Assembly (NCBI GenBank): GCA_964625085.1
Contig: CAZVAJ010000013.1
Location: 1-18,902 of the forward strand
Origin: Candidatus Micrarchaeota archaeon
Lineage (GTDB): Archaea > B1Sed10-29 > JAJSAI01
Reading direction: 5' to 3'
Length of the DNA stretch: 18,902 nucleotides
This document shows, one piece after another, positions 17,328 through 18,902 of the stretch (the stretch's first letter is position 1; the number at the start of each line of letters is the position of its first letter). The translations under genes were made by a program, and so were the position numbers. A model generated the notes under the pieces. That model had not been told where the DNA came from, did no database searches, and worked only from the letters and a program-made list of their open reading frames with translations.

Positions 17328-17706
17328 AATTCCACTCCCAAAATCCTAACATTCCTTTGGCAGGAACAGCAGGAATTCTTTCAGCCCTGGAGATGATGAA
17401 ACCGTACATTGGCTTCTTTGGCATTCCCCCCAGTACCAGGGCTAGGTGCCTACCTTTGTCAGCATTCCACTCTTTTTCGGTTTCGTACTTTTTCACACTC
17501 TCAAGGAACGCCTTCCCAATAACAGCCATAGTGGCGCTTGGAGTGACCCCTAACTTCTTGCAGGCGTTCCAGTCCACGCTCTTACTGGCGTGAACCCAGA
17601 ACCAGCCCCTGTAGCTCGTGTTCCACTTCCTTGTTTCTACCTTTTTCCTGCCGTCCACGATCAGGTCAGCCCACGGCTGCCTCAAAGAAAGCACCTTCAT
17701 CAACAT
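17317..17706 (-). CDS. ASCH domain protein (ASC-1-like)
   Basis: LSLRQPWADLIVDGRKKVETRKW..YRG..VHAS and C-terminal KGMLGFW. Confidence 0.92.
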   Translation of the reverse strand: MLMKVLSLRQPWADLIVDGRKKVETRKWNTSYRGWFWVHASKSVDWNACKKLGVTPSATMAVIGKAFLESVKKYETEKEWNADKGRHLALVLGGMPKKPMYGFIISRAERIPAVPAKGMLGFWEWNYEP

Positions 17707-17756
17707 TTACTAGCAATGCAAAACAATTAAAAGTATTCCTGCAATTGGTTATTATA

Positions 17757-18329
17757 ATGCGTTTAATGACACACATCAGCTTTGGACTGCTCGCTGGAGC
17801 CCTTTGTTATTATTTGTTCAACCTAGACGTCAGCTTTATTCTCTTGACAGGGTTTGCAGCTTTCTTACCAGACATAGACTGGGCAATGCAGTTCAAGTGG
17901 GGTTTGGGAAAAAGGCATAGAACATTTGGTCATAATGTGTGGTTCGTGCTGGCGATTGCAACACTATCTCTTGCATTATCTGGAAGTATAGTTGTTTTTG
18001 CAGGAGTCCTTATAGGAATGGTTACACACCTGTTGGCTGACTCTTTGACCGTAACCGGCGTCATATGGTTATACCCTTTCAAACAAGACTTGCGCACAAG
18101 GGGTCCCTTGAACATGTCAAACGAGAGCGAAAAGAAGGTAGAACGCGTGTTACAGAGCATTCTACTAAGTTTTGCAGGCTTTTTGTTCTTAGCAAAAAAC
18201 ATGAGAGTAGAGGATCCTTTTTCTTTCAATGGAATGATAACCCTTGTCATAATATTTGGGGTCGGATATGCGATCATGAAAAAGTTTAACCAAATTATAA
18301 AAAAGACAATACGTTCATTTAGGATTTGA
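17757..18329 (+). CDS. Membrane-bound metal-dependent hydrolase (YdjM/DUF457-like)
   Basis: THISFG, LPDID, HRTFGH, THLLADSLT..GV.WLYPF motifs; several TM helices. Confidence 0.88.
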   Translation: MRLMTHISFGLLAGALCYYLFNLDVSFILLTGFAAFLPDIDWAMQFKWGLGKRHRTFGHNVWFVLAIATLSLALSGSIVVFAGVLIGMVTHLLADSLTVTGVIWLYPFKQDLRTRGPLNMSNESEKKVERVLQSILLSFAGFLFLAKNMRVEDPFSFNGMITLVIIFGVGYAIMKKFNQIIKKTIRSFRI

Positions 18330-18342
18330 GGATGCTGATAAA

Positions 18343-18897
18343 ATGAAGTCTGCAAAAACAAAACTTGTTGGAGAAAAGGTTGTCCTGAGACCGTGGAGCT
18401 TGTCTGACGCAGACGAACTTCTAAAAGCACTCAAACAGAACTTGACCCAGTGGACAACAAGCCTCCGGGTCCCAGCAGACAAAAAAGAAGCTGTCAGACA
18501 GATAAGGGCAAAACAAAGGAAAATGCGCTCTGGAAAAATGTACTCCTTCGCGATAGTTTCCAGGGAAACAGGCAGGTTGGCTGGGAGTATCGGCCTTTTC
18601 AAAATAGATCATAAGAACAAGAACGCGGAAGTAGGGTACTACATAAGAAAAGAATGCTGGAACAAAGGCCTGGCCACAGAAGCCATCCGGCTGATGTTGG
18701 GGTTCGCGTTCAGGAACCTGAAACTGCACAGGGTGTACGCTAGAACTTTCAAAGAAAACGTTGCCTCTGCAAGAGTTCTGGAAAAAGCAGGGTTCAAGAA
18801 AGAAGGCGTTGAAAGAGAATGCTACTACAAGCGCGGCAGGTGGCACGATCTTGTAAGGTACGGAATCCTGAAAAAAGAGTACGTGAAAAGCAAGTAA
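18343..18897 (+). CDS. GNAT N-acetyltransferase, RimJ/RimL family
   Basis: AEVGYYI..WNKGLATEA, LKLHRV, NVASARVLEKAGFKKEG, DLVRYGIL. Confidence 0.93.
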   Translation: MKSAKTKLVGEKVVLRPWSLSDADELLKALKQNLTQWTTSLRVPADKKEAVRQIRAKQRKMRSGKMYSFAIVSRETGRLAGSIGLFKIDHKNKNAEVGYYIRKECWNKGLATEAIRLMLGFAFRNLKLHRVYARTFKENVASARVLEKAGFKKEGVERECYYKRGRWHDLVRYGILKKEYVKSK

Positions 18898-18902
18898 TGA
18901 AA

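Noticed and set aside
17631..17756. N-terminal extension of the YdjM-like ORF
   Set aside because: Overlaps ASCH on the opposite strand; family motif starts at ATG 17757

Overview
Archaeal chromosomal window; gene content, leaderless TATA promoters and basic orphan ORFs suggest a DPANN-type lineage (inference). Housekeeping genes: 3' end of IleRS, thermosome, RNase HII with a PIP box, L35Ae-Trm1, Gar1-TFB and class III ribonucleotide reductase nrdD-nrdG. Accessory genes: Lrp regulator with a SAM methyltransferase, solo Cas4-like nuclease, Ig-repeat surface protein, ImmA/IrrE-like HEXXH protein, ASCH with a nucleotidyltransferase, YdjM-like membrane hydrolase and RimJ/L GNAT. Five signals are missing from the supplied ORF track: (1) a 15-aa micro-ORF after nrdG, with its own RBS and in frame with the nrdG stop, that is essentially a PCNA-binding PIP box (MDEDRQSTLDEFDGK); (2) an orphan HTH gene closely bracketed by 14-bp direct repeats, with its promoter outside the repeats; (3) a structured ~80-nt candidate ncRNA with its own promoter and terminator downstream of tfb; (4) two small peptide ORFs of 33 and 22 aa; (5) phased operator-like sites upstream of the Lrp gene. 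No rRNA, tRNA, CRISPR array or transposase was recognised.
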